64,000 nt of DNA from NCBI GenBank assembly GCA_944377315.1, contig CALWEM010000027.1, positions 9,934-73,933 on the forward strand, in the 5' to 3' direction. Positions 44,154 to 54,569 of the stretch are shown piece by piece (positions within the stretch are counted from its first letter, which is position 1; every line of letters begins with the position of its first letter). The notes beneath the pieces were generated by a model. That model did no database searches. It saw only the letters and a list, made by a program, of their open reading frames with translations, and was not told the DNA's origin. Made by a program: the position numbers and the translations under genes. The stretch is from an uncultured Clostridia bacterium. GTDB taxonomy: Bacteria > Bacillota > Clostridia > Christensenellales > UBA1242.

Positions 44154-45944
44154 TTATTTCAAAATTTCCTGCCATTTTTTGATATATTCACGACAAACCG
44201 CAAAAACATCATCATAAATTTTTTCATTTTCCAAATCGCAATCGCACTCTTTCAAAAGGTCAATCGGACCTTTTGTGCAACCTGACGACAGGAATTTCTT
44301 ATACTTTGAAACCATATTTTCGCTGTCAGAAAGAAGTTTGTTTGAAATATTAATGGCACTAATAAGTCCTGTTGCATATTTATACACATAAAATGGTCGA
44401 TAGAAATGCGGAATTCGAGCCCATTCATATTTGATTTCATCAATCATTTTCACTTTTTTGCCATAATAGAACTTGTTGAGTTCCATATATTTCGAACACA
44501 AAACTTCCTTTGTCACTGGTTCGCCCTTTTCATATGTTTCATATGCAAACTCTTCAAACTCGGCAAACATCGTCTGTCTGAATATTGTCGAACGCACCTG
44601 CACCATCATTTGATTATATAAAAACATTCTCTCCTTGTCAGTTTTTGCTTTGGACAAAAGATAGTTGAGAAGCAACATTTCATTTGTTGTGCTGGCAACT
44701 TCGGCAACAAAAATGGTGTAGCCAGCATTTTGAACTGGCTGATTTGTGTCAGAATAATAGGAGTGCATTGCGTGTCCCAATTCGTGTGCCAGCGTGAAAA
44801 CGCTTTCCAAATTCCCTTCAAAATTGGTCAAAACAACCGGCGTTGCTCCATATGTGCTTGTGGAAAATGCCCCGCTGTCTTTGTTTTTGTTTGAAAGAAC
44901 ATCAATCCAGCGTTCATTCTTGGCTCGGTCAATGAGTTCGACATAATCATCGCCTAACACGCTGACCGCTTTTTTGATGAGTTCAATTGCTTCGTCATAT
45001 GTGAATTTATACTTAATTTCCTTAACAGTTGGTGCAAAAGTGTCGTATATGGCGATATCTTTGAGATTGAGCATCTTTCTCTTTATTTCAAAGAAATCAG
45101 CAACAATATCAACATTTTCTCTGACCTTTTTGATTAACAATTTATACGCTTTTTCGCTTGCATTTTCGTTATAAATCGACTTGGAAAGACTGGATTTATA
45201 CTTTCTCAACTTGGCAATTGTTGCCGTCACTTTGATGTCACCGAGATAGTTGTTTGTCAGCGTGTTGATAAACTCGCCATATTTTCCATTCATCTTCACA
45301 AAAGCATTTTTGCGAAGCGTTCTGTCCTCACTTTCGACATACAGAGAATATTTTGAATGGTCAAGCGGATGCTTTTTGCCATTAGAGTCCTTTATTTCGC
45401 CAAAATTTAGGTCAACATCACTGAATTTGTCAAAGTTTTCAGCATAGCCATTCGTGAATCTATTGATATTTGCCAACAATCTTTCTTCTTTTGGCGACAA
45501 CTTATGCATCTTTCTTCTGATTGTTTCCTTGAACATTCGATGATAATTTTTGAACTTCTCATCATTTATCAATTCTTTCAATTTCTTGACAGAAAATTTG
45601 AAAATTTCAATTTCAATAAAAACCAAATCAACATTGAATTTGTTTGCCAAAAAGGCAATTTTTTCAAACATTTTGTTGCTTTCTTCACAAGCATTGTCGC
45701 CCGCTTTGGTTAAATGAGCATAGATGCACAAAAAACCAAACTCAATGTCAAATTTTGTGTTCATTTCAAGGCATTCAAACAAAATTTCATTGGAAGCGTT
45801 GAGTTTACCCTTAAATTTTTTCAACTCTTCAACATCGCCTTGCACTTTTTCCAAACGCGTGTAAAAATCTTCATTATTTTTGCAAAATTTGCTTAAATCC
45901 CACTTATATTTTTCTTCAATTTCTTCTCGTTTTTTCATTTTCAC
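44154..45944 (-). CDS. pepF: Oligoendopeptidase F (M3B)
   Basis: 596 aa with HELGHAMH zinc motif. Confidence 0.93.
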   Translation of the reverse strand: MKMKKREEIEEKYKWDLSKFCKNNEDFYTRLEKVQGDVEELKKFKGKLNASNEILFECLEMNTKFDIEFGFLCIYAHLTKAGDNACEESNKMFEKIAFLANKFNVDLVFIEIEIFKFSVKKLKELINDEKFKNYHRMFKETIRRKMHKLSPKEERLLANINRFTNGYAENFDKFSDVDLNFGEIKDSNGKKHPLDHSKYSLYVESEDRTLRKNAFVKMNGKYGEFINTLTNNYLGDIKVTATIAKLRKYKSSLSKSIYNENASEKAYKLLIKKVRENVDIVADFFEIKRKMLNLKDIAIYDTFAPTVKEIKYKFTYDEAIELIKKAVSVLGDDYVELIDRAKNERWIDVLSNKNKDSGAFSTSTYGATPVVLTNFEGNLESVFTLAHELGHAMHSYYSDTNQPVQNAGYTIFVAEVASTTNEMLLLNYLLSKAKTDKERMFLYNQMMVQVRSTIFRQTMFAEFEEFAYETYEKGEPVTKEVLCSKYMELNKFYYGKKVKMIDEIKYEWARIPHFYRPFYVYKYATGLISAINISNKLLSDSENMVSKYKKFLSSGCTKGPIDLLKECDCDLENEKIYDDVFAVCREYIKKWQEILK

Positions 45945-46639
45945 CTCACAAAATACTTTTCAATTTTAAAATTTTTCCAAGGTTCTTTTGTGGTATCTGG
46001 CGGATTTATGAACACCATTTTTTCTTTTGTGGTTGGATGAATAAAGGAAAGTTTGCCAGCCCAAAGAGCAAGATTGGAAGTTGTCTTACTTTTATTCTTC
46101 CCATATTTATTGTCGCCAAACAATGGGCATCCAATATTGGCAAGTTGCACGCGTATTTGATGGCTTCGCCCAGTCAAAATTTCAATTTCCAAAAGACTAT
46201 GCTTCCCGTCATTTTCAAGTTCTCGATACTTCAATTCTGCTTTCTTTGCACCCGTTTCACTCATTGGCACAACTTTGACAATATTTTCTTTTTCATCTTT
46301 TTTGAGATAATTGACAAGAGTGTTTTCTCGATATTTCACCAAATTTTCAGTGACTGCATAATAAATTTTTTCAGTGGTGTGTTCCTGAAATTGTTTGGAT
46401 AAGCGATTTGCTGATTTTGAGTTGCGAGCAAAGACCATTATTCCACCGGTTGGTCTGTCCAATCTGTGCACAAGACCGATGAAGGCTTCTCCCTGCTTAT
46501 TGTATTTTTCTTTGACATAATTTTTGACCATTGAAAGCAAATCCATATCACGACTGTTATCACTTTGCGTAGGAACATTTTGAGGTTTTAGAACCACAAT
46601 GATTTGGTTGTCTTCATATAAAACATCTAATTTTTCCAT
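45941..46639 (-). CDS. RluA-family pseudouridine synthase
   Basis: HRLDRPTGG catalytic motif and GRSHQIRVQ. Start set to the ATG at 46639 (MEKLDVLYED). Confidence 0.88.
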   Translation of the reverse strand: MEKLDVLYEDNQIIVVLKPQNVPTQSDNSRDMDLLSMVKNYVKEKYNKQGEAFIGLVHRLDRPTGGIMVFARNSKSANRLSKQFQEHTTEKIYYAVTENLVKYRENTLVNYLKKDEKENIVKVVPMSETGAKKAELKYRELENDGKHSLLEIEILTGRSHQIRVQLANIGCPLFGDNKYGKNKSKTTSNLALWAGKLSFIHPTTKEKMVFINPPDTTKEPWKNFKIEKYFVR

Positions 46640-47475
46640 ATCTTCACTCCTGTTGCACCGCACGGAAGAATCAAACCTTCTTCTGTCGGAAGACCAATTT
46701 CATCTGCTTCAACATTCTCTTTCCCAAACACGCATTTCAATATGTTTGATATCACGGTTGGCTGAAGCCCGGTTGTGTAGGAATTGATTAAAACAAAAAG
46801 TGGATTTTCACTCAAAACTTTTTTTGTGAGAGCCACAAAGTCAGCAAGATTATCTTCAAGTTTCCACATCTCACCGCTTGGACCTCTGCCATAACTTGGT
46901 GGGTCCATAATGATGGCGTCATAAAAGTTCCCGCGTCTAATTTCTCTTTCAATAAACTTTTGGCAGTCGTCAACAATGAAGCGTATGTTGGTGATACCAT
47001 TCAAACGAGCATTTTCTTTTGCTCTTTCCACCATTCCTTTTGAAGCATCAATATGAGTGACCTCTGCTCCCGCTTGGCTCAATGCAATTGACGCTCCACC
47101 AGTGTATGCAAAAAGGTTCAAGACTTTGATTTTGCGGTTTGATTTTTTCACAAGATTTTGCATAAATTCCCAATTAACTGCCTGTTCTGGAAAAATTCCA
47201 GTGTGCTTGAATCCCATTGGCTTGACGACAAATTTAAGCCCTTTCCACAAAATTTGCCACTCATCAGGAATTTTTTTGTGGAAATGCCACATTCCGCCAC
47301 CTTCACGCTTTTCATAGAAAGCATCAACATCTTTACGCTTGAAAAGATTTTCTTTTGCGTGCCAAATAACTTGCGGATCAGGTCGAAGAAGTTTCACTCC
47401 CGCCCAGTCTTCAAGTTTATATCCATCGCCGGTGGCTATGACTTTATAGTCTTTCCAACTTTCACAAACTCTCAT
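46627..47475 (-). CDS. Class I SAM-dependent methyltransferase (COG1092/RlmI-like)
   Basis: 282 aa with VLNLFAYTGGAS SAM motif and IIMDPPSYG motif. Confidence 0.8.
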   Translation of the reverse strand: MRVCESWKDYKVIATGDGYKLEDWAGVKLLRPDPQVIWHAKENLFKRKDVDAFYEKREGGGMWHFHKKIPDEWQILWKGLKFVVKPMGFKHTGIFPEQAVNWEFMQNLVKKSNRKIKVLNLFAYTGGASIALSQAGAEVTHIDASKGMVERAKENARLNGITNIRFIVDDCQKFIEREIRRGNFYDAIIMDPPSYGRGPSGEMWKLEDNLADFVALTKKVLSENPLFVLINSYTTGLQPTVISNILKCVFGKENVEADEIGLPTEEGLILPCGATGVKIWKN

Positions 47476-47485
47476 AAAGCTCCTT

Positions 47486-50400
47486 TTATTTGGAAAGTTT
47501 TGAAGTTATATATCCTTCTCCAACTTCAATGTCTTTTGAAATATCAAATTTTTCCAAATCTTCTTTTATTTCTTTAATTAACACTTCTTGTTTGATTTTT
47601 GCCTCAAATTTCTTCAACATTTTGATTAAATCTTTGTTTTCCGTCTTGAAAGATGCAGAAATTCGGTCATCAATCGAAAAATCCGCTTCCTTTCTCAAAA
47701 CTTGCAAACTTCTGACAAATTCTCGATATAACCCCTCTTCAATAAGACCTTCATCAAGAGTGATATCCAAAACAATGGTTTTTCCATTCTCGTGAGCAAT
47801 CACAAAATCTTTCTTTGGCTTCTTTTCAAGGTTGAATAACTCGCTGTCAAGCCCTTTAAATTCACCAACATCAACTTTACCATTTTTGAATCCTTCAACC
47901 GCCATTTTTATTTCTTCATTCGTCAAAACTTGCAAAGTGGTTTTAAGTTTTTGAACATCACCTTTCAAAACTTGCCCTGCTTTTTTGAAATTAACTGACA
48001 AAAACTCATCATTAAACTTGCTGTCATCTTTGACAACTTCAATTTCTTTGATGTTAAGTTCGTCTTTGATGATATCTTTGAGAGCATCAACCGCTTTTTT
48101 AACGGCATTGTCGCCTGCAACATAAAGTTTCTTGAGTGGCTGTTTCACTTTGATTTGATTTTCATTTCGAAGCATTTGTGCTGTCGACATAATCTCTCTT
48201 GCAATCTCCACATTTGCCAAAACATCTTCAAAACTCTTGTTGTATATTTTTGTTGGATAGCCGTGAAGCATAACGCAAAGAGCTTCTTCTTTTTCAACTT
48301 CACGCACCATATTCTGCCAGATATGTTCTGTCAAAAACGGAATGATTGGTGTCATAACACAAATAAGTGATTTGATGGCGTTATATAAACACCAATAGGC
48401 AGTCATTTGGTCATTTTTGTTTTCACTCTTCCAAAATCTTTTTCTGTTTGAACGAATATAGAAATTGGAAATATCATCCACAAGTTTTTCGAAATCGCGA
48501 ACCACCAAATAATTTTTGTCATCAGCATAATTTTTGTCGCTGTTTTCAATGAAGTTATTAATGCTTTCAATAAGCCACTTGTCCGCCACAGTCAAATCTT
48601 CAAGTTTTGGTGTGAAATGAGCAATATCAGGATTATCAATGCAAGCGTATGTGTTGAAGAAAGTGTATATACTCCAAAAACTTAACAATTTTCTTCTTGC
48701 TTCGTCTGTCAAGGTGTAGCCAAAACGCATATCATTCATTGGGCTTGAAGAAGAATAAAGATATCTCACAGTGTCAGCGCCCACTTTGTCTGCAACAACA
48801 TCAGCATCAAGCGTGTTTCCGCCACTCTTATGAAATTCTCCGCCATTTTCATCTTTGACATATTGATATGTGACAATTTTTTTGTATGGTGCTTTTCCAG
48901 TCAAAACCACACTCATTATGAGAATGGAATAGAACCAAAGCTTGATTTGTTCAATCATTTCGCAAACATAATCACTTGGAAAATTGTTGTTAAAAAATTC
49001 CTTGTCGGTGAAATACTTTTTGGTGCTGAATGGTGTGATTCCAGCATCCAACCAAACATCGCCGACATCGGTTATCCTTGAAACTTCTTCACCGCAATCA
49101 CATTTAATTTTGATTTCATCAATCCAAGGACGATGAATATTTGGAAGTTTGTCCACCAAAGTTGGATTAACCGCTTTTTCTCGCAACTCTTCTTTACTGC
49201 CAATAATATGAAGTTTGCCACATTTTGGACAAACATAGAATGGAAGCGGAAGTCCATAGAATCTGCTTCTTGAAATGTTCCAGTCACCCATATTATTCAG
49301 CCAGTCAATCATTCTTTTCTTGGCATATTCCGGCTTGAATTCAACTTCTTCAATTGCTTTGAGAGCAAGTGGTCTTATTTCATCCATTTTGATGAACCAA
49401 CCAGAGATGAGTTTATACACAATGTCGGTTTTGCAACGCCAACAATGAACATAACTGTGCTTGTATTTGTGTGAATACAAAAGTTTTCCGTCTTCTTTTA
49501 GACGATTGACAACAAGGTCAACGACATCTGTTGTCTTCTTGCTTGCAAGAAAACCAGTGTTTTCAAGCATCACACCTTGTTCATTGATTGGACAAATTTC
49601 TGGAAGATTTAATGTCTGTCCAAGTTCAAAGTCTTCAACACCGCATCCTGGAGCAATATGCACAACACAAGTTCCTTCAGCATTGTCCACCATATTCCAA
49701 GCCACAATTTTGTGTGGGAATTGTTGTTCTTTGAGTTCTGGAAAGCAGGTTTCATATGTAAGCCCAACAAGCTCACTCCCCTTGATTTCCTTCAATATCT
49801 CCACTTTTTCTTTCAAAATGGAAAGTCTGTCTTTTCCAAGAACAAGTTTTTCGCCGTGGAAATTGACAATAACATAGGTGAAATCTGGATTGACAGCAAG
49901 TGCCACATTGGCAGAAAGTGTCCAAGGTGTTGTTGTCCACGCCACAATCTTGAAATCCTTGTCTTTGACTGGAAATTTGGCAAATATGGCAGTGTGTTCC
50001 ACTTCGTGATATGAACCCGATGTTTCGTGGTCACTCAATGATGTTCCACATCTTGGACACCAAGCCATAGGTCGATTTTTCTTGACAATCCAACCTTTCT
50101 CATTGCAAACTTTCAAAAAGTGCCAAATTGCAGTGATGTTTTCATCGGTGTTGGTGAAATATGAATTATCCCAATCCATCCACTGTCCCATACGCACACT
50201 TTGCTTTGTGATTTCGCCGGCAAAATAATTCACTCTTTCCATACACTTGTTCGTGAATTTGTCAATGCCATATTTCTCAATTTCTGGCTTACCATTAAGT
50301 CCAAGTTCTTTTTCCACATTAACTTCCACCCAAAGACCTTGTCCGTCAAAGCCATTTTGATATTGACAATCCTTTCCTTTCAAGGCGTTATATCTTATGG

Positions 50401-50599
50401 TCAAATCCTTGAGAATTCTTCCCCAAAAATGATGAATACCTGCTCTATTATTTGCAGTTATTGGTCCATCAAGAAAACGAAATCTCTCGTTTGAAGAATT
50501 TTTCTTCACAAGTTTATGGAAGCAATCATTCTTTTCCCAAAATTTCAAAATGTCTTTTTCAAGTTCAACAAAATCCGGCACAACTTGTTCTTTTTTCAT
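47486..50599 (-). CDS. ileS: Isoleucine--tRNA ligase, long (type 2-like) form with divergent signature motifs
   Basis: 1037 aa with class I editing-type architecture and WCPRCGTSLSDHE. Preceded by a T-box leader with an AUC specifier. The HIGH region reads GIHHFWGR and the KMSKS region reads FHKSGG. Confidence 0.88.
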   Translation of the reverse strand: MKKEQVVPDFVELEKDILKFWEKNDCFHKLVKKNSSNERFRFLDGPITANNRAGIHHFWGRILKDLTIRYNALKGKDCQYQNGFDGQGLWVEVNVEKELGLNGKPEIEKYGIDKFTNKCMERVNYFAGEITKQSVRMGQWMDWDNSYFTNTDENITAIWHFLKVCNEKGWIVKKNRPMAWCPRCGTSLSDHETSGSYHEVEHTAIFAKFPVKDKDFKIVAWTTTPWTLSANVALAVNPDFTYVIVNFHGEKLVLGKDRLSILKEKVEILKEIKGSELVGLTYETCFPELKEQQFPHKIVAWNMVDNAEGTCVVHIAPGCGVEDFELGQTLNLPEICPINEQGVMLENTGFLASKKTTDVVDLVVNRLKEDGKLLYSHKYKHSYVHCWRCKTDIVYKLISGWFIKMDEIRPLALKAIEEVEFKPEYAKKRMIDWLNNMGDWNISRSRFYGLPLPFYVCPKCGKLHIIGSKEELREKAVNPTLVDKLPNIHRPWIDEIKIKCDCGEEVSRITDVGDVWLDAGITPFSTKKYFTDKEFFNNNFPSDYVCEMIEQIKLWFYSILIMSVVLTGKAPYKKIVTYQYVKDENGGEFHKSGGNTLDADVVADKVGADTVRYLYSSSSPMNDMRFGYTLTDEARRKLLSFWSIYTFFNTYACIDNPDIAHFTPKLEDLTVADKWLIESINNFIENSDKNYADDKNYLVVRDFEKLVDDISNFYIRSNRKRFWKSENKNDQMTAYWCLYNAIKSLICVMTPIIPFLTEHIWQNMVREVEKEEALCVMLHGYPTKIYNKSFEDVLANVEIAREIMSTAQMLRNENQIKVKQPLKKLYVAGDNAVKKAVDALKDIIKDELNIKEIEVVKDDSKFNDEFLSVNFKKAGQVLKGDVQKLKTTLQVLTNEEIKMAVEGFKNGKVDVGEFKGLDSELFNLEKKPKKDFVIAHENGKTIVLDITLDEGLIEEGLYREFVRSLQVLRKEADFSIDDRISASFKTENKDLIKMLKKFEAKIKQEVLIKEIKEDLEKFDISKDIEVGEGYITSKLSK

Positions 50600-50870
50600 T
50601 TTTTCCTCCTAAACAAAAAAACTTTCCCAGTAAAACAAGACTCTTCCCGGAAAAGTTTGAGTTAACCACTTGTTTCACTAATGGGCTATCACCCACGCCT
50701 TCTATTACGGGAAGTCCCGTCCAAACTTACTCTTTTTTTCAGCCGGAAGCTTGAAAAGTGATAATTTCCCTGGCTTCATATTGCGTTCCACCAACCCGCA
50801 ACTCTCTGTCAATCCCCCAAAAAAATCTTGTCTTTTCTCCAAACGCCTTTACAGTGAAATATAAATTTCA
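50600..50870 (-). promoter_or_regulatory. T-box riboswitch leader, Ile (AUC specifier)
   Basis: Minus strand has AGAGAG, GGTTGGTGGAA, specifier AAATTATCA, degenerate T-box AAACAAGTGGTTAAC, and a terminator stem CUUUUCC/GGGAAAG plus a U run. Confidence 0.65.
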
Positions 50871-50876
50871 AAAGTT

Positions 50877-50905
50877 ATTATAATAATTCAAAATGGTTTT
50901 GTCAA
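50877..50905 (-). promoter_or_regulatory. Consensus sigma-A promoter of the ileS leader
   Basis: Minus strand TTGACA-17 nt-TATAAT. Confidence 0.8.
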
Positions 50906-50911
50906 TAAATT

Positions 50912-51643
50912 TTAGTAATTTTCAAGAACAGTGTTCATTTTGAGAACATCAGTTCCGGTGATAATTCCAAGCGGTTTTTCTTTCGCTCCGCCATTTTTTG
51001 TGACAATAATTGCCAAAAGTTTGGAATTTTGGTGAAAATGGTCAAGCGCTTCTTCCACCGTCAAATCTTTGTTGGCAAAAACATAATAATTGCTGTTTTC
51101 AAGTTTTGAAAGCATATCTTCAATCTTCACATTATCCAAAAAGGTTTTGCAAGCCCCACCTGACAAAAGGTATTTTCCAAACGAATCCAAAATTTTTTGC
51201 CCATTTGCAATGCCAATTATCTCACCAACTTTGTTATAGACTGGAATGTTTGAATATGAAGAAGATGCCATAAGCATTATTGCTTCTCTCATCGACTTTG
51301 AAGAATCAATTGTCAAAACATCACGACGACAAACAGTTTCAAGGGCTTTTGGTGGAGCAGTCAATAATCTTTCAATTTTTTCGATTTGTTCCACAACTTC
51401 AAAATGTGGTTCTGCCATCACATATTCTTCATTGCCGTGCACAATGGCGTTTCGAAGTCGTCCATAATCAATCAAGTCATCTTCATACTTTCTCACAATA
51501 TAATTTAACGCCACGCTTTTTCTTATTAATTCCGAAAATCCCATACTGCGATTGAGATTGTATCTTGTTCGTATGGTGTAGTCAATATTATTGTATGACT
51601 GAATAAACCTTTGCGCATTTGATAAATTTTTCTTCTCTTCCAT
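50912..51643 (-). CDS. CBS-domain pair protein with N-terminal helical domain
   Basis: 243 aa; two CBS-like repeats in the C-terminal half (VPVYNKVGEIIGI, LGIITGTDV). Confidence 0.7.
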   Translation of the reverse strand: MEEKKNLSNAQRFIQSYNNIDYTIRTRYNLNRSMGFSELIRKSVALNYIVRKYEDDLIDYGRLRNAIVHGNEEYVMAEPHFEVVEQIEKIERLLTAPPKALETVCRRDVLTIDSSKSMREAIMLMASSSYSNIPVYNKVGEIIGIANGQKILDSFGKYLLSGGACKTFLDNVKIEDMLSKLENSNYYVFANKDLTVEEALDHFHQNSKLLAIIVTKNGGAKEKPLGIITGTDVLKMNTVLENY

Positions 51644-51769
51644 TTTTCCCCCAGTGTCTAACTTGTTTTGTCACGCTTTAACTTTCAACATTCATAGTAT
51701 AGCAAAAAAAGAAAGAAAAAGAAAAACAAAATGAACAAAAAAAATTAAAAATAGCCAAATTTTCAACAT

Positions 51770-52441
51770 TTATGCCGAAGGAGCAAGGTGAATTGTGTTG
51801 TTTGAGCCTAGATATACATCCGGCACTTCGCCCTTAATCACACTCTCTGCCACCAAAAATTCAGTGACACTGTCGACTGTTGAAGAATATGCTGGCAAAA
51901 GTAAACTCACAGTCGCATTCATTGAAATATATAAAGAATGATTTGTTTGGTTAATTCCAGCACTTTCAAACGAACTTGTGAAAGTCGCCGTCATCGCTCC
52001 CACAGAAACAAGTTTGATGTTGATTTTTGGACCAATGCCCACCAAAAATGGTAAGCCTGTGAATGTGCCCAAAGCGATATCAATTCCATTTTCGCCCATT
52101 CTGTCAAGATAGATTTGCCCGACTTGATAAAATCTTCTTGCAAGCTCATTGACAAGAACGGTGTTAATGGAAATTAGTGATATATTGTCACTTGCATCTT
52201 TTTCAATATTGACTAGGTCGTCATAAGTCAAATCGTATTCTTTGATGACATCATAAACAGCATCACTCACCGCCGAAGTCGAAAGCGAATATATCATCGA
52301 CCAAGTGGCTTCTGTCACAACAGGATTCACAACGAAAAAGATATAAAAAAAGATGAAAAGGACAAAAATAAGAAAAAGCGAAAACGCCACAATTCTTTTC
52401 CGTTTTTTGGTTTTGCGTTGGAGATAGCATAACTTCTTCAT
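51770..52441 (-). CDS. yunB: Sporulation protein YunB
   Basis: MKKLCYLQRKTKKRKR basic N-terminus plus a TM helix; conserved GINQTNHSLYISMN and VIKGEVPDVY regions. The track start is a TTG extension. Confidence 0.75.
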   Translation of the reverse strand: MKKLCYLQRKTKKRKRIVAFSLFLIFVLFIFFYIFFVVNPVVTEATWSMIYSLSTSAVSDAVYDVIKEYDLTYDDLVNIEKDASDNISLISINTVLVNELARRFYQVGQIYLDRMGENGIDIALGTFTGLPFLVGIGPKINIKLVSVGAMTATFTSSFESAGINQTNHSLYISMNATVSLLLPAYSSTVDSVTEFLVAESVIKGEVPDVYLGSNNTIHLAPSA

Positions 52442-52530
52442 TATAAAAATGTATATGCAATCTCTTGTCAAATCTTGTCAAAAATTGAAAATTTGTCGTT
52501 TCTTTAACTATTATGCAAACTGCTGATTTT

Positions 52531-52570
52531 CAATATTTTGTGTAGTATGCATTGCATAACACACCATATA
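52531..52570. repeat. Quasi-palindromic TATGCA-W-TGCATA element, copy c
   Basis: CAATATTTTGTGTAGTATGCATTGCATAACACACCATATAT abutting the spoVAE stop. Confidence 0.7.
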
Positions 52571-52939
52571 TCATTTTTTGGTTCGCGAATGGCACATCAA
52601 AGCAAAAAGAAAACCGAAAATAATTGCCGCCGCAATTCCGCCTGATGTCGAAGTCAACGAACCTGTGAAAACACCCAAAAGTCCTTGTGACTCCACTGCA
52701 CTTATCGCTCCTTTTGTGAGAGATGCACCAAAACCAATTATTGGCACATTTATTCCTGCTTTTGCAAAAGAAGAAATGTAATCAAAAACACCAACCGCTT
52801 CAAGAAAAACACCAAATATAACAAATGAAACCAATATTCTTGCCGGTGTCAAATTCGTGGTGATAATCAAAACTTCACCAATCATACAAATAAATCCACC
52901 AATCAAAAACACAATCAAATAATCCAAAAAAATTTCCAT
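52571..52939 (-). CDS. spoVAE: Stage V sporulation protein AE
   Basis: 122-aa polytopic membrane protein in spoVAC-AD-AE order. Confidence 0.88.
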   Translation of the reverse strand: MEIFLDYLIVFLIGGFICMIGEVLIITTNLTPARILVSFVIFGVFLEAVGVFDYISSFAKAGINVPIIGFGASLTKGAISAVESQGLLGVFTGSLTSTSGGIAAAIIFGFLFALMCHSRTKK

Positions 52940-52947
52940 TTTTCACC

Positions 52948-53940
52948 CTACCCTTCAATCACAATAGCGTGACAAACGCCCGGCACACTTTCGCCTTGTT
53001 GTGTGGCAGTTGTGGAAAGTAAAGCCCCAGTTGGCATAAAAAGAACTTTTTTTAATTCTCCTTTTTTCAGTTTGTTTATGATGTATGAATTAAAAACTGT
53101 TGCTGAACATCCACAACCAGAACCACCGCACAAAGTCTTTTGGTCACGGCGATAATACATCTGTCCGCAATCGCCATAATTAAGCCCAAGTTTAATCCCC
53201 TTCTCTTCCATCAAGTCAATGAGAATCTCGCTTCCAAGTTTACCCAAATCTCCTGTGACAATAAGGTCATAATCATCAGGCGTTGTGGAAGTGTTCTCAA
53301 AGTGGGCAAGCATTGTTTCCATCGCCGATGGTGCCATTGCTGCGCCCATATTGTTGACATCGACAATACCCCAGTCAACAACCTTTCCAAAAGTCGCCAT
53401 TGTCACTTTGGGACCTTCTCCTTTAAGCGACAAAACACACGCTCCCGCTCCGGTGACCGTCCACTGCGAAACCGGCGGTCGCTGGTTGCCAAATTCAAGC
53501 GGAAACCGATATTGCCTTTCTGCCGTTGAAAAGTGTGATGTGGTGCAACAAACCACATTGTCATAATATCCGCCATCAACAATAATCGCTCCAACTGCCA
53601 TCGACTCCGCCATTGTGGAACAAGCACCATACACTCCCAAATATGGAAAATCAAACGCCCGTGCTGCATATGAAGAAGAAATAATTTGGTTGAGAAGGTC
53701 ACCTGCCACCAAAAGATTGACATCTTTCACTTCAAGTTTTGCTTTTGCGATCGCTCCAATAATGGCATTTTCCACCATTTTACGCTCGGCTTTTTCAAAA
53801 GTTTTTTCGCCAAAAAAGTCGTTTTTCATAATATAGTCAAAATAATCCTTAAAATTACCTTCTCCTTCCTTTGGCCCAACAATGGAATACGAGCCGACAA
53901 TTTTGGGTTGTTTTTTAAACTTAATTGTTTGACATTTCAT
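52948..53940 (-). CDS. spoVAD: Stage V sporulation protein AD
   Basis: Thiolase-like fold. Begins MKCQTIKFKKQPKIVGSYSIVGPKEGEG at ATG 53940; the longer track ORF overlaps spoVAC. Confidence 0.9.
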   Translation of the reverse strand: MKCQTIKFKKQPKIVGSYSIVGPKEGEGNFKDYFDYIMKNDFFGEKTFEKAERKMVENAIIGAIAKAKLEVKDVNLLVAGDLLNQIISSSYAARAFDFPYLGVYGACSTMAESMAVGAIIVDGGYYDNVVCCTTSHFSTAERQYRFPLEFGNQRPPVSQWTVTGAGACVLSLKGEGPKVTMATFGKVVDWGIVDVNNMGAAMAPSAMETMLAHFENTSTTPDDYDLIVTGDLGKLGSEILIDLMEEKGIKLGLNYGDCGQMYYRRDQKTLCGGSGCGCSATVFNSYIINKLKKGELKKVLFMPTGALLSTTATQQGESVPGVCHAIVIEG

Positions 53941-53992
53941 ACTTACCTCACCATTTTCACTGTTAACTAAAAAATTTCGTCCGATAAAATTA

Positions 53993-54451
53993 CTACACAA
54001 AAAGCCCAACGATATAGTAGATAAGTCCAACAAACGCACTTGAAACCACACCAAAAACAATGATTGGACCTGCGATTGTGAACATTTTGACGCAAATTCC
54101 ATAAACTATGCCCTCACATTTATACTCAATTGAAGGACTCGTGATTGAATTTGAAAAGCCAGTGATTGGCACAATTGTTCCGCCACCAGCAAATTTTCCG
54201 AGTTTGTCATAAACACCAATTCCAGTCAAAAGTGCAGCAAGAAAGATGAGGATGATGAGTGTGTATGCCCACGCCGACTGCTCTGATAAATTTGGCATCA
54301 AAAAAAGAAGCAAGTCGTTGATGCCTTGTCCGATAACACAAATCAATCCGCCCACCCAAAAAGAATTGAAAAGTGATGGAAATGGTCGCGTTTTTGGAAT
54401 TTTTGCGTTGACATATTTGTTATATGCTTTCATTCTTTCTTTTTCATTCAT
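53993..54451 (-). CDS. spoVAC: Stage V sporulation protein AC
   Basis: 152-aa membrane protein with FWVGGLICVIGQ and TGFSNSITSP motifs. Confidence 0.9.
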   Translation of the reverse strand: MNEKERMKAYNKYVNAKIPKTRPFPSLFNSFWVGGLICVIGQGINDLLLFLMPNLSEQSAWAYTLIILIFLAALLTGIGVYDKLGKFAGGGTIVPITGFSNSITSPSIEYKCEGIVYGICVKMFTIAGPIIVFGVVSSAFVGLIYYIVGLFV

Positions 54452-54569
54452 ATATAGCCTCTAAAACAATTTTATCCAACAAACAAAAAAATAAACTTTT
54501 GCAAGCAAAAAAAGAATAAAACCAAAAAATAATAACAAACTAAAAATAAAGAAATTTTAAGGAGGCAAT

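Noticed and set aside
53941-54102. N-terminal extension of spoVAD
   Set aside because: It overlaps the spoVAC coding region in another frame. SpoVAD homologs begin near MK..I.F, which matches the ATG at 53940.
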